Origin: a virus
Direction: 5' to 3' (one strand)
DNA: 64,000 nucleotides
Virus record (IMG/VR): IMGVR_UViG_3300006417_000280
Position numbers and translations under genes: made by a program. Position 1 is the stretch's first letter. Each line of letters opens with the position of its first letter. This document shows, piece after piece, positions 30,416 through 40,709 of this stretch. The notes under the pieces are model-generated. The model saw only the letters and a program-made list of their open reading frames with translations. It was not told where the DNA came from and made no database searches.

Positions 30416-31012
30416 TTCACCCTGCATGTCGTTCTCGTGTAGAGTCCCCTATGGACACCTACGACATCATTGGCAAAATCGTCCTCGGCTTCATCGTGGA
30501 CAACGAGCAGGAGGACTACCTCATCGACTCTGGCCGCATTGAGACGGACGGCACGACCGTCTGGTACACCAATGACAAAGGGGTCAGGTACGAGTCCATC
30601 ACCGAAGCCAATGTCGTCAGCGTCGGCCTAGGGCTCGGCGTGCTTCGTCCAGTGGAGACACCATGAGCTACCGCGGCGCCCCGCCCTTCGACCTGGTGCA
30701 GCTTTCGACCCTCCCCGAGTCCGAGTGGTATAGGCGTGCCGTGTTCCACCCGATGGAGCAGCGGGGCGTAGACGGCCAACCGGTCGCCTTCTGGACCATC
30801 ACCGACGAGGACCGTGCTGACGCCATCGCCGTCGGCGAGCCGATCCCGGACGACGAGTGGGACACCGTCTACGACGTTGGCGTGGTCGTGGAGTGGGACG
30901 ACGACCCGCAGTTCTCCGACATCCCCGGGTCGAAGCGGGTCCGGTTCGTGATGGACTCTGGGCACTCCCTACACTACGCCGCGTACAACCTCTGGACGCC
31001 CAAGGTCACCCG

Positions 31013-31711
31013 ATGAACCGTTACCGCGCTCGCTTTCCGAGGAAGCACACTGTCCTCCCTGTCATCCACGCCACGTCGCTGGACCAGGTGATGCACAACA
31101 TTGCGACGGCCGTGGTTGCGGACGCGGATGGGGTGTTCCTGGTGAACCACGGGATGACTGCCGTCGACCTCCTCAACATCCACGCTGAGGCGAAGGTGAT
31201 GGCCCCCGACTACTGGATCGGCGTCAACTGCCTTGACCTGCAGCCGACGTGGGTGGCCACCTTCCCGAGTGTCGCAGGCATGTGGTCGGACAACGCCTAC
31301 GTGGACGAGCGTCTTGAAAAGCAGCCGCAAGCTGGCCAGGTGCTTAGCATCCTCCGTAGGGGACCTGATGGTTGGGATGGCATCTACTTCGGTGGGGTGG
31401 CGTTCAAGTACCAACGGCAGGTTCAGCCGCACATGTACGGTGAAGCAGCCCGCAAGGCGATGCCGTTCGTGGACGTGGTCACTACGAGCGGTGCAGGCAC
31501 GGGGACTGCGGTCGACGTAGACAAGGTGATTGCCATGAAGAAGGCGATCGGGGAGTTCCCCCTCGCCGTAGCTAGCGGCATCACGCCAGACAACGTGGGT
31601 GAGTACCTCCCCTACGTGGATTGCTTCCTGGTGGCGTCAGGGATCAGCAAGGACTTCGAGAACCTCGACCTCGGGCTCACCCGCAAGCTCATCCAGACGG
31701 TTCGGGGCTGA
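31013..31711 (+). CDS. BtpA/SgcQ-like TIM-barrel protein
   Basis: LPVIH, DGVFLVNH, FGGVAFKYQ, TSGAGTG, ASGITPDNV motifs. Confidence 0.7.
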   Translation: MNRYRARFPRKHTVLPVIHATSLDQVMHNIATAVVADADGVFLVNHGMTAVDLLNIHAEAKVMAPDYWIGVNCLDLQPTWVATFPSVAGMWSDNAYVDERLEKQPQAGQVLSILRRGPDGWDGIYFGGVAFKYQRQVQPHMYGEAARKAMPFVDVVTTSGAGTGTAVDVDKVIAMKKAIGEFPLAVASGITPDNVGEYLPYVDCFLVASGISKDFENLDLGLTRKLIQTVRG

Positions 31712-32251
31712 CGATGGTTCGGGCCCGAAGAGCTTGGCCCGACCGGGCCTGCTCCTAATGTAGGTCTGGAAGATGTCCCATTGCTCGGCCGTGGCCTGTT
31801 CGGGGCGCTCGTCCGTGGATTTCTTTACCTTGTTTACCTTGATGAGCACCCATTTCTCGCCATCGTAGTCGACAAACCCTATGCTCCAGGCGTACAAGTC
31901 ATTGAGGGCGAACATCCGATGTTTCGCCCTCTTGCACGCGAGGAACTCTGCAAATAACTCCTGCGTGGAGTTGCAGGTGACCCGCTTGAAGTGGTCGGGG
32001 GCGAATAGGCCCGCATGTGTTTGCGGCCAGTAGGTGATGTCCATGGAGGACTATACCTCGGGCTTCTCTTCCGAGTCCGGGTGAAGGACGTAGGATTCAT
32101 CGACTCGGAAGCCGGGCTCACCGGCCTCGTAGTATCCGATGTGGATGGTGATGAAGTCGCCCGTCACTTCGATCAGGAAGGTGCCGAGTGGCAGGTCGGC
32201 AACGTCTTCGATCTGACCTTCGGTGTTGCAGAACCAGGGCATTTGGGCCTC

Positions 32252-32623
32252 CTACTCGATATACGCGGTAGGTGGCTCTACCTGAACCGGCAAATACATG
32301 TCGGTCTGCATTGGGTTGGTGTCGGGCACGCGAAGGTAGCCGCGCCTGGCGAGGAACGGCACGAGGCGAGGCTCGAGGATGCTCTCGACCCGCACAACGA
32401 GTCCGTAGGCGCGGGCGGTTGCTTCGGCCTTCTGGAGCCAGCGGTGGAAGTGGCCTTGTCCTCGATGTCGTTCGGGGACGTCGATGCTCGCCACGTCCAG
32501 GCACTGCACCATCTTCTCGTTGATGATGTGGTGCGCCTTGCGGACGTACACGACGAGGGGGCCCGCGACGATGTGTTCGTTCCGCAAGGGCCCATCCAGG
32601 AATGCGCTCAACGGGGTGGTCAC
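32252..32623 (-). CDS. GNAT-like acetyltransferase
   Basis: DVASIDVPERHRGQGHF acetyl-CoA motif; FLARRGY. Confidence 0.6.
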   Translation of the reverse strand: MTTPLSAFLDGPLRNEHIVAGPLVVYVRKAHHIINEKMVQCLDVASIDVPERHRGQGHFHRWLQKAEATARAYGLVVRVESILEPRLVPFLARRGYLRVPDTNPMQTDMYLPVQVEPPTAYIE

Positions 32624-33098
32624 GCGATGCCCCGGTTCGCGAGGAACTGGTTGATGCTCAGCGCCGTGGCGATGGAGGCCAGCTCGGCGTCCCCGTAGCG
32701 CATGATGAAGTGTGCGTAGAGGTCTGCAATCAGGGTGCCGAGGTTCATGGGGTCTCCTCTCGTGTGTGGGGCCTACGCCAGATCGGTGAGAATCTCGTTG
32801 GCGAGCTTCCGAAGGTAGTCCATGGCCTCGTTTCGGGCCCGTTCGGCCTCCCACTCGGGAATCGCGCCCTCGACCTTGTCTCCCTTCATATAGTCGTGGC
32901 CGCCCCACGAGTTCCGACGGATGTACTCGATCCGCCAACCGTACCCACGCCCTGCAAGGCCGGTGCCTGCGTAGTAGACGGTGGCCCGGAACGGGCCCAC
33001 GGTGCGATGGTGGATCTTGGCGTTGCCGGTCCAGCCAGGGGGAAGGGTCATGGTGCGTCTCCTCTCGTGTATACGCAACGGGCCCCGCAACCTGAACG

Positions 33099-33488
33099 TC
33101 AACGCTCGCGCAATTTCCGGATGACCTCGTTGAACTCGGGGATGCGCGGGTCTGCAGAGCCGAGCCCTCTGCACCACGGGGAGTCGCTCGGGGTCCAGTG
33201 GCACCTGGCCGTGCCGCGAAGCCCGCGCTTCAAGGCACGCTCTGCCTTGAGGGCCTCGGACTGCCCAAAATACGGCCCGTGAATGCAACGCAGCTCCCAC
33301 GGTCGGAACTTCGAGGTGTAGCGCCCTCCCCCGACCAAGAATCCATTGTGCTGCTTGAGGCGACGTAGGACGTCCGTTGTACAGCCCACGTAGTGGAAGC
33401 CTGGAAGGGGGTTGCCTCGCTTCCCGTAGCGGGGGGCCGTGGACTGGATGACGTAGACGCTCCATTCCTTTTCCGTGGGGTCACTCAA
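33099..33488 (-). CDS. GIY-YIG nuclease (SLX1-like)
   Basis: VYVI...YVGCTTD..RRLKQHNG...GGRYT...RPW...ALKAE. Confidence 0.85.
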   Translation of the reverse strand: MSDPTEKEWSVYVIQSTAPRYGKRGNPLPGFHYVGCTTDVLRRLKQHNGFLVGGGRYTSKFRPWELRCIHGPYFGQSEALKAERALKRGLRGTARCHWTPSDSPWCRGLGSADPRIPEFNEVIRKLRER

Positions 33489-33746
33489 TGTGGCACCGGC
33501 CAGCGACGATCTGCTTCGGCCATTGCGTCTTCGGGAGTCAGAAACGGTTCTTCCAGTCCTGTAGGCGATGATCCATCCGCGGGGTCGAAGTAGACCTTGT
33601 AAACGCCGTCCTTGCGCAGGTAGTACACCCACACGATATCAGGATTGCCGTGAGTGCTGCCGGGATCGCGCTTGAACCCGACGGACGAGTGTCGCCAAGG
33701 CCATTTGAGGGGTGATTGTGTTGTCATCGTTGACCACTACCCATCG

Positions 33747-34463
33747 TTAGCCAGGGATGGCCCGCACGGTGGGGATGACAGCCTCCCCCTGCTCGTGGAG
33801 GAGCTTGTCCATCTCATCCCACGAGATGAGGCACTCCCCTTTGTTACCCCACGATGGGCCCCAGGAGTTGTGCAGCGTGAACGTCTTCGCCTTCACGTTG
33901 ACGCCCTTGCACAGGATGGCATGCCCGCCGGCGACCGCACCAGTGGTGTGGATGTAGCCACAGGAATGTACGTTGAACATCCCCTCGTACCAGGGGATGC
34001 CGAGAACGGCCGGACCCCGATACCCCACGGCGAGAACGAGGTCTTCCAAGCTGAAGCACCACCTGTATTCGGTGATGTAACCAAGCTTTCGTGCGATCTT
34101 GATTCCAGCGAGGACGGACGTGCCCTCGTAGACGGGGCTGGCACCTGGATATGACCCTCCGGACCATTGGTCAATCTTCTGTGCCTCCCAGTAGATGCTC
34201 TCCTTGGCGAACTTGGCAGTCAAACCGGAGATGACCGAGGGTCGTGCTGCAAGCTCATGTGCGATGGCCATGCCAACACAACTCCCCTCTGTGCCTTGAT
34301 CAAGCCTGGTGTCACATCGCCATGTGAATGACCGAGGGGTCGCCGTAGTGGGGATGGTGGCCCGAATGGGGTATGCCCTGGATCGCTCGTCGAATTGCAC
34401 AAGGCGATCCAGCCGGCCGTCTGGAACTTCGGTGAGATTGCGAAGGGTGATGAAGTAAGCCAT
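33747..34463 (-). CDS. Papain-like C1 cysteine peptidase
   Basis: LDQGTEGSCVG, GGHAI, HNSWGPSWG catalytic motifs. Confidence 0.9.
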   Translation of the reverse strand: MAYFITLRNLTEVPDGRLDRLVQFDERSRAYPIRATIPTTATPRSFTWRCDTRLDQGTEGSCVGMAIAHELAARPSVISGLTAKFAKESIYWEAQKIDQWSGGSYPGASPVYEGTSVLAGIKIARKLGYITEYRWCFSLEDLVLAVGYRGPAVLGIPWYEGMFNVHSCGYIHTTGAVAGGHAILCKGVNVKAKTFTLHNSWGPSWGNKGECLISWDEMDKLLHEQGEAVIPTVRAIPG

Positions 34464-34945
34464 TGAGCACCTCCTCCCTACGGTGTGTTATGGCCTGAAT
34501 ACCGGGTAGGGTTGGGCATGACCCCTACAGCACCCTACGACGATCTTGACCCCGGCATCCGGCAGCTCGTGCGGCTCCTCAACGAGCACGGCTTCGAGAC
34601 CACGGACTCGGGAGACGGGAAGTCCAAGTTCGATGCAGAAGGCAACCCCTTGCCGGGCTGGGAGTCCACGGATGGCATTGACTGTGTGCTCAATGCCCCG
34701 CACGTGGCCATCCATTGTGAGCCAGCCAAGCTTATAGAAGAATGCGACCGTGTTCACGCCTTGCTGGTGGAGGCTGGTGGCTTCGAGACGTTGCCCCGCT
34801 CCATTTCTGTCCAAGGGGACTATGAGCCCGGTGTGACATGCCACATCTTCGTGATGGGCTTCGACGACACGATGCTCGTGGCCACAAACAAAGAAGGGTG
34901 ATGCCCGCTAAGGCATCACCCTTCCCGTGGCCCCTCAAAAAAGGA

Positions 34946-35557
34946 CTACGCCGACCAGGTGGCCGCGTCAGGGACGCAGCCGACAACCATGCAACGCTGC
35001 GTGAGCGTCGAGATTGCGTCAGCCGTGAGCACCCGGAAATGAACGGTCTCGTCCGCCGTGTTGTTGGCCGTGCAGGCGAAGAGTCCCGCAGCCGACGTGA
35101 GCACGAGCGCCCAACCGTTGCCAGAGGCAACGATGGAGCCCGTCGTAGCGTTGAGGAACGTCACGGTGTTCGAGAACGGGGGGACGGGCTGGTACTGCTG
35201 ACTCAGCGCCCGGATTAGCACCTGCCGGGCCGACGCGACGGGCGTGGTGCCATCCTGAGCCTGCACCAAACTCAGCGTCAAGGCAGCCGCTGTAGCGCCG
35301 CCCACGACATCGGGAACAGTGATGGTTGCAGCCACGAGCTGGTCGCGGTACGCCTGGAACTCGGTGGCCCCTTCCTCGATGGCCGTTGCAACCGTAGTTC
35401 CAGCGAACTGGTCCGCCGTATCCGAGAAGCCGATAAGCTCGGCACCGGATCCTTCGGCCGTGGTTGCCAGGGCCTCCTGGAACCCAATCAGACGGTTCAT
35501 GACCTGACGGGCGGTGCCCGTGGAAGAGCCAGGAAGTGAAGTGACGCCGCGTGGCAT
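34946..35557 (-). CDS. Probable structural/late protein
   Basis: Ala/Thr-rich beta-type sequence; class-2 promoter motif. Confidence 0.55.
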   Translation of the reverse strand: MPRGVTSLPGSSTGTARQVMNRLIGFQEALATTAEGSGAELIGFSDTADQFAGTTVATAIEEGATEFQAYRDQLVAATITVPDVVGGATAAALTLSLVQAQDGTTPVASARQVLIRALSQQYQPVPPFSNTVTFLNATTGSIVASGNGWALVLTSAAGLFACTANNTADETVHFRVLTADAISTLTQRCMVVGCVPDAATWSA

Positions 35558-35610
35558 GATGAGCCCCCTTGATGGTGTTCAATGAGGGCAGGCTATAGGG
35601 CGTCCACCGA

Positions 35611-37281
35611 CTATACAGGAACGACACCCTTCTTCAATTCTGCATCTAGGATGTCCAACGCTTTCCCCGCTTGCTCCTTGTACTCGAAGTTGGCGCCTAC
35701 TGCGGTGTGTCGAAGGCTCAACATGTAGACTGCGTCACGCAGACCTCCTTGCCCGCGAAGACGTACCCTGGTGCCGAGAGGCAGGGCCAGAGCCGCCTGC
35801 ATGCGGTTCTGGCTGGACATGTGGTAGTCGAACACGTTCGTGCTTCGTGCCAGAAGTCCTGGTGTCTTGGCCTTCGCGAGATCAGACATTGGGCCGTAGT
35901 GGTGATCGATCTGGATAGGGCCTGGTTCCGGCGTGCCATGATTGTCCCGCACGACCTGGAGGTACCACGGAAACATAGTGCGATGGCGGTGCCAGTCGCG
36001 TGCGACGGCAAGGGAGCAACGGAACCCGACGTTGACCCGAGCCCTGGAGTTCTCCACGGCGTCCATGTACGACTTCTCGGAAGTGCGAGCGTATCCCTGG
36101 AGCCCCACGATCCCACCCGTGTATCGTACGGACAGCTCTACGTCGGGACCTTCATCCGTACTGGACAGGATGGAGCGCAGATGGCCGGGGATGTTGGTGC
36201 CTGGGGTGTACACGGCCTCGCGTAGACCCATGCCAGCCATGCCGGGAAGGGCCAGCCGGTAGGCGGCGGCGATCTCATCCCACACGGCCTTTGTAGCCAC
36301 GGCACCCGACAAAGAAGCCAGGTTCGACCCGTCCCGGATCACCCGCGCCCGCTCGCGTAGGTTCGATGTGTGGGCACATCCCGTGGCGATCGTGCCGGGG
36401 AGGGCCCAGCGGGCTCGGTCCAGGGCAGGGCGGAAGGGCTCCTTGTCGGCCGTGGGATACTTCTTGCCGGTGCCCTCACACTGCTCGCAGGTCATAGGCA
36501 TGCCCGCGGTGATGCCGTGCGTGGCATAGGACTCGCCCGGACGCACGTACTCCCCCTTGCCCTTGCATGTGGGGCACGCACTCGTGAACTCAGCCTTCCA
36601 CCAGGCCACCTCGGCCTCGAACACCTCGAACCAGTCGTTGTGGAGGCGCACCAGGTCTCTGTTCGGGGTGAGGATGGGCGGGGCCTTGTAGTCGGACAAG
36701 TCGATGTCCTGCCCGGCCACCTGGCGCAAGATGCGCTCGTCTTCTGCCTGGAGGATGGAGGTGGCCCCCACGTCCACCTCTTCACACTCCCGAGCCATTG
36801 GCCAATCCTTGTGCTGGACGGCGCGGGTGCTGAACTCCTGGCCTGCACAGAGCGGGGAGTCGAAGGTGAGCCAGGCGGTGAGCCAGGACACCCCCTCGAC
36901 ATAGACCGTAGGTTGACCCACCAACTCTAGGATGGAAGAATGACCATACTTGCCGACAAAGTCGTCGAAGAACTTCTGGACCTTCGGGTGAAGGGGGTAG
37001 TCGCAGAGCCGATCCTCGGCAATCCCGAGCCACCCGTGCGCTTCGGGGAGCTGCTCCCACGTCATGATCTCCCCGTCAGGGTTGTCCTCGGCGAGGCGTG
37101 CCCGCTTTTCCTCGAACAAGCTCTGGCCCACGGCCTCCACGATCTGCGCGTAGCGGGCCTGGACGCCCCCCAGGGGCGCGCGGGACGCCATGGCCGCCAA
37201 CATAGCCCGGACCTCCGGAGTGAGCTTGTGGTCCAGCCAAAAGGTGGATACGCCGACAGCGTGCAGGTACTTGAAGGTCAA
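35611..37281 (-). CDS. FAD-dependent thymidylate synthase-like protein (two ThyX-like halves) with Zn-finger insertion
   Basis: YGHSSILE, QEFSTR, DRARWALP, RDWHRHR motifs; CPTCKGKG...CEQCEGTG insert. Confidence 0.7.
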   Translation of the reverse strand: MTFKYLHAVGVSTFWLDHKLTPEVRAMLAAMASRAPLGGVQARYAQIVEAVGQSLFEEKRARLAEDNPDGEIMTWEQLPEAHGWLGIAEDRLCDYPLHPKVQKFFDDFVGKYGHSSILELVGQPTVYVEGVSWLTAWLTFDSPLCAGQEFSTRAVQHKDWPMARECEEVDVGATSILQAEDERILRQVAGQDIDLSDYKAPPILTPNRDLVRLHNDWFEVFEAEVAWWKAEFTSACPTCKGKGEYVRPGESYATHGITAGMPMTCEQCEGTGKKYPTADKEPFRPALDRARWALPGTIATGCAHTSNLRERARVIRDGSNLASLSGAVATKAVWDEIAAAYRLALPGMAGMGLREAVYTPGTNIPGHLRSILSSTDEGPDVELSVRYTGGIVGLQGYARTSEKSYMDAVENSRARVNVGFRCSLAVARDWHRHRTMFPWYLQVVRDNHGTPEPGPIQIDHHYGPMSDLAKAKTPGLLARSTNVFDYHMSSQNRMQAALALPLGTRVRLRGQGGLRDAVYMLSLRHTAVGANFEYKEQAGKALDILDAELKKGVVPV

Positions 37282-37325
37282 GGTGTGGCCTCGAGGGAAT
37301 GGGACGGGGACTACGGTACCAGGGA

Positions 37326-38513
37326 CTACGGTCTATCGAGGCGAATCACGTCGCCCCACCGACCGCCGGTCGGGTCAACCCCATCGGGGGTCAGAAGCCA
37401 CAGCGACGCCTGACAGGCGGGGGCTTCCTTGGGCACGTTGATGTGCCCATCGGTCATGGCAATGATGATCGTGTCCCAGGTCAAGCTGGGCGCCACATAC
37501 TCGAAGGCGGGGTTGAAGTCCGAGCCTCCACCGCCTTCGACCACGGTCACGATCTCTGCGATGTCGCGGGTGTTGGTTTCTCCACGCACTTGCGTGTCGC
37601 AGGTCACCACTCGAATTGGTGCCGAGGTTTCTTCCAGGATCGACACCACTTCAACGAGGATGGCGTTGTGCTCACCCCCCATGGAGCCCGACGTGTCCCA
37701 GAGGATCGTGATCTGGGGCATTCCTTGGGGGATGCTTGTGCACAGGATCTCTTTCGCGGCCTCGGACCGTCTCGACGGGCGGCGATACGAGTAGTCCGCC
37801 CGCCCGATGGTGTCGCCCACCCACTGCGCGAACCGCTCCTGCCAGGCGACCTTTGGCTTGCCGATTGCCTCTACAATGATCCGCAGTGCGTCGGGGAGGG
37901 CCATGTTGCGACCGCGGTGCGACGCGGCTGCGTGCAGGATGGCCTGCTTCCAGCGCATATCGTCCTCATCCGTGGCCTGCCCCGGAAGGGCATCGGACAT
38001 GAAGTCGGAGAAGTCTCCTTCGGGCGTGTTCTCGAGGATGTCATCGTAAATTTTCTCGGCGGTCCAGCCCGTGTACTTCGTGTCGAGCAGCACATTCTTG
38101 GGGGCCTGCGCCCACGGGTGGCCCGTCGACTTGATGCTCTCCTCGATGAGAAGGTTGATGGCGTAGTCGTGCGCGATGTTCCACAGAGAGACGGTCCGCA
38201 GGGGGAGGCCCGTCTTGCTGTCCGTCACCACAAGCACCTGCGTGCGGTGCTGCTGCCGCGCCCAATAGCGCAACGCGACGTGAAGGACTTCGTGGCACAT
38301 GACCCAGTCCAATTCGCGGTCCGAGAGGCCGTTCATATACTCCAGGCCCATCCGCATCCGTCCGCTGGAGCTTACGCACGCGGACGGCACCTTCTTGGGA
38401 TCGGGCTCTACGATCAGGTCCAGGTGCATCGCGAGCTGCCCGAAGAAGGGGAACTTGCTTAGGAGGCGAACCCTGCTATTGCGGAGGCGTTGGATGCCAG
38501 CTTCGATGGTCAT
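37326..38513 (-). CDS. HEXXH metallopeptidase plus VWA-like domain protein (DUF2201-type MoxR partner)
   Basis: PFFG.L, HEVLH, WNIAHDYAIN, RRPSRR, DTSGSM, GGGGSDF, MTDG. Confidence 0.9.
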   Translation of the reverse strand: MTIEAGIQRLRNSRVRLLSKFPFFGQLAMHLDLIVEPDPKKVPSACVSSSGRMRMGLEYMNGLSDRELDWVMCHEVLHVALRYWARQQHRTQVLVVTDSKTGLPLRTVSLWNIAHDYAINLLIEESIKSTGHPWAQAPKNVLLDTKYTGWTAEKIYDDILENTPEGDFSDFMSDALPGQATDEDDMRWKQAILHAAASHRGRNMALPDALRIIVEAIGKPKVAWQERFAQWVGDTIGRADYSYRRPSRRSEAAKEILCTSIPQGMPQITILWDTSGSMGGEHNAILVEVVSILEETSAPIRVVTCDTQVRGETNTRDIAEIVTVVEGGGGSDFNPAFEYVAPSLTWDTIIIAMTDGHINVPKEAPACQASLWLLTPDGVDPTGGRWGDVIRLDRP

Positions 38514-38535
38514 GCCGCTCCTACCCGACGAGGGG

Positions 38536-38727
38536 CTATAGGACTCGCAGGGGGTCGATGGTGGGGCCGTCGCGCGACGACCGTGAGCCTCTTGTCACAA
38601 CCCGTCGGTGCGTTGGCAACGAGGCGTACAAGGGGGTCAGCCCATACACTCGTTCCGACAACGAGATGGACGAAGTGGACATCACCCCGTTGTGGCGCCA
38701 TCGAGGTGCCATGAGAAAGGTCATCAT
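38536..38727 (-). CDS. Array unit 1 (...GPTIDPLRVL)
   Basis: ATGA overlap with unit 2; last unit before the VWA gene. Confidence 0.75.
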   Translation of the reverse strand: MMTFLMAPRWRHNGVMSTSSISLSERVYGLTPLYASLPTHRRVVTRGSRSSRDGPTIDPLRVL

Positions 38728-38933
38728 AGGACTCGTAGAGGATCGATCTTCGGGCCTCGGTGCATGGCCCACGACTCGGCCGTGTGCATACCGGCCCTGG
38801 TCGACCAGGAGTAGGACATCGTCATCCCATGCAGCCCCATACCAGACTCGCACCGGAAACGTCGGGACGGGCCGCCTGCCGACCAGGATAGCTCGGGCTC
38901 AGGCCACCGATGCGGACGGAGAAGGAAGACCAT
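38724..38933 (-). CDS. Array unit 2 (...GPKIDPLRVL)
   Basis: TGATG overlap. Confidence 0.75.
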   Translation of the reverse strand: MVFLLRPHRWPEPELSWSAGGPSRRFRCESGMGLHGMTMSYSWSTRAGMHTAESWAMHRGPKIDPLRVL

Positions 38934-39175
38934 CACAGGATCCTTAGAGGGTCGATGGCGGGGCCTGACAGATTGGACTCCGAGTTGGCCATCCCCCCAC
39001 TCCCGCTCGTTGACATGGACCACATACGCCGCTTTGGACTCGACACGGATGCGTTTATCCAGTGTGGTATGCACACGGACCACACTGTATTATTCGTGAT
39101 CGACCTCAACCGCCCGTTGGACGTAGACCCTGATGCGTCGAATGCTACGATGACACTTGAAATGGCAATCAACAT
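38933..39175 (-). CDS. Array unit 3 (...GPAIDPLRIL)
   Basis: TGATG overlap. Confidence 0.75.
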   Translation of the reverse strand: MLIAISSVIVAFDASGSTSNGRLRSITNNTVWSVCIPHWINASVSSPKRRMWSMSTSGSGGMANSESNLSGPAIDPLRIL

Positions 39176-39429
39176 CAGAGGACCCTCAACGGATCTATTG
39201 TAGCACCGTCATTGAAGGACGCGGAATGCGCGGCGTACGGGCCCACGCCCAGGCGCGGCACCCATGAGCGACAACGGGTGCCATACCTCCCCACAGTGGC
39301 CCATGACCTGGAAAGTGTGTAGTCAAAAGGAAGGTTTTGGGATTTTGACCGCCATACCCACTCCTCCGCCGTTGCGGTCACCGATGCCCGCTCGTTGTCG
39401 GGGCGTCGTAGTGCCATGAAGAAGCACAT
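39175..39429 (-). CDS. Array unit 4 (...GATIDPLRVL)
   Basis: TGATG overlap. Confidence 0.75.
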   Translation of the reverse strand: MCFFMALRRPDNERASVTATAEEWVWRSKSQNLPFDYTLSRSWATVGRYGTRCRSWVPRLGVGPYAAHSASFNDGATIDPLRVL

Positions 39430-39652
39430 CACAACACCCGAAGGGGATCGATGGAAGGCCCTACGCCGCCGCGGGAGGTTGAGTCATCCCTCGCCTTGGT
39501 TCCCCGAGTGTACGACCTCATAAGGCCAAAGCCAAATCTCCCGTAACCCGATGTCGAGGTGAAATTACTCGACCCGTGCCTGTAGGCCGCACGACTTCGC
39601 GTAGCGGATCGCAGGAGGGTGTGTCAATAACCATGGTGATGCGGAACATCAT
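39429..39652 (-). pseudogene. Array unit 5, frameshifted or split (...GPSIDPLRVL)
   Basis: 224 nt, not a multiple of 3; reads as 44 aa (39518-39652) plus 30 aa (39429-39521) joined by an ATGA overlap. Confidence 0.65.
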
Positions 39653-39882
39653 CACAGGAGCCTCAATGGGTCTATCCGAGGACCCACGTGCACAGATTCG
39701 GACATACTCCGCAAAACCACACCAGTGCTCGACTTGGAGTCGAGCCTGATTCTGGATGACCTTGACACGACAAACGGTGCTACCTTCCCCCTTGACACGG
39801 ATCGTCTTCTCTGCATTCCTCCCGAAACCGAGGCGGAAGGAAACGCCAACACCTCTAAGTATTGCCGGACGGTGAGAAACAT
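39652..39882 (-). CDS. Array unit 6 (...GPRIDPLRLL)
   Basis: TGATG overlap. Confidence 0.75.
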   Translation of the reverse strand: MFLTVRQYLEVLAFPSASVSGGMQRRRSVSRGKVAPFVVSRSSRIRLDSKSSTGVVLRSMSESVHVGPRIDPLRLL

Positions 39883-40085
39883 CACAGGAGCCTCAACGGG
39901 TCGACAGCAGGGCACCCGTCTGGACCGCTCAGCGAAGTAGACCTGCGCCGCTGTATGCGTTGCGAGAGCCCTAACGAGAAGGACGCCGGGCGAAGGCCGA
40001 GGCGGTGTGCCGTGGGTGACCTGGATGTCACTATCCAGTCAGGTGACCGTGACCTTGGCCAGGTTCGGCCTGTCAGGAAGCTCAT
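39882..40085 (-). CDS. Array unit 7 (...CPAVDPLRLL)
   Basis: TGATG overlap. Confidence 0.75.
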   Translation of the reverse strand: MSFLTGRTWPRSRSPDWIVTSRSPTAHRLGLRPASFSLGLSQRIQRRRSTSLSGPDGCPAVDPLRLL

Positions 40086-40294
40086 CACAGCACCCGTAGG
40101 GGATCGATGGTAGGCCCTGATCCATGATTTGAATCCGACAACGGCAACGACCTCGACACCGACACCGACCTCGACACCGACCACCACCACGACCCCGATA
40201 TCGACACCGACCTCGACACCGACCTCGACCCCGATATCGACCTCGAACACGACTTTGATCTATCGGGAGAGGGATTTACAGATCGGAAGATCAT
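40085..40294 (-). CDS. Array unit 8, (Ser-x)n core (...GPTIDPLRVL)
   Basis: SRSISGSRSVSRSVSISGSWWWSVSRSVSVSRS encoded by 6/12-bp microrepeats. Confidence 0.75.
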   Translation of the reverse strand: MIFRSVNPSPDRSKSCSRSISGSRSVSRSVSISGSWWWSVSRSVSVSRSLPLSDSNHGSGPTIDPLRVL

Positions 40295-40506
40295 CACAGC
40301 ACCCGTAGGGGATCAATCGATGGCTCATCCCCCTCATTCGACCGCACCCTTCGATGTCGGCGCGACACGGACCACGAGCACCCCAATTCGAATTTCAAAC
40401 CCGCCCTCGACCGCCGGAACACCTCACTACTCCACGACAGCGACCACGACAGCCCACTTGAAGCGGTGCTTGACTGACTTCTTTTGATTGTCGGGGGGAT
40501 CATCAT
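40294..40506 (-). CDS. Array unit 9 (...EPSIDPLRVL)
   Basis: TGATG overlap. Confidence 0.75.
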   Translation of the reverse strand: MMIPPTIKRSQSSTASSGLSWSLSWSSEVFRRSRAGLKFELGCSWSVSRRHRRVRSNEGDEPSIDPLRVL

Positions 40507-40709
40507 CACAGGAGCCTCAACGGGTCTATACGCGGTCCGGATCGCAGGCCGTGCCGAGACTCCGAGTCCCATGAGAAATCCCACCGCCCATGCCACGACA
40601 CGGACCAGCTCCGCACGCAGCCTCCCTTGGATTTAGAGCCGTCTGGCCACTTCCACTTGCAGCCTGTGACGGACCCATTGGTCATGCAGGGCTTGGCCTT
40701 CATCATCAT
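40506..40709 (-). CDS. Array unit 10 (...GPRIDPLRLL)
   Basis: ATGA/TGATG overlap. Confidence 0.75.
   Translation of the reverse strand: MMMKAKPCMTNGSVTGCKWKWPDGSKSKGGCVRSWSVSWHGRWDFSWDSESRHGLRSGPRIDPLRLL

Noticed and set aside
39882..40250. VGVEVG repeat protein in the ORF track
   Set aside because: Alternative frame of the unit 8 microrepeat; unit 7 most plausibly starts at 40085.
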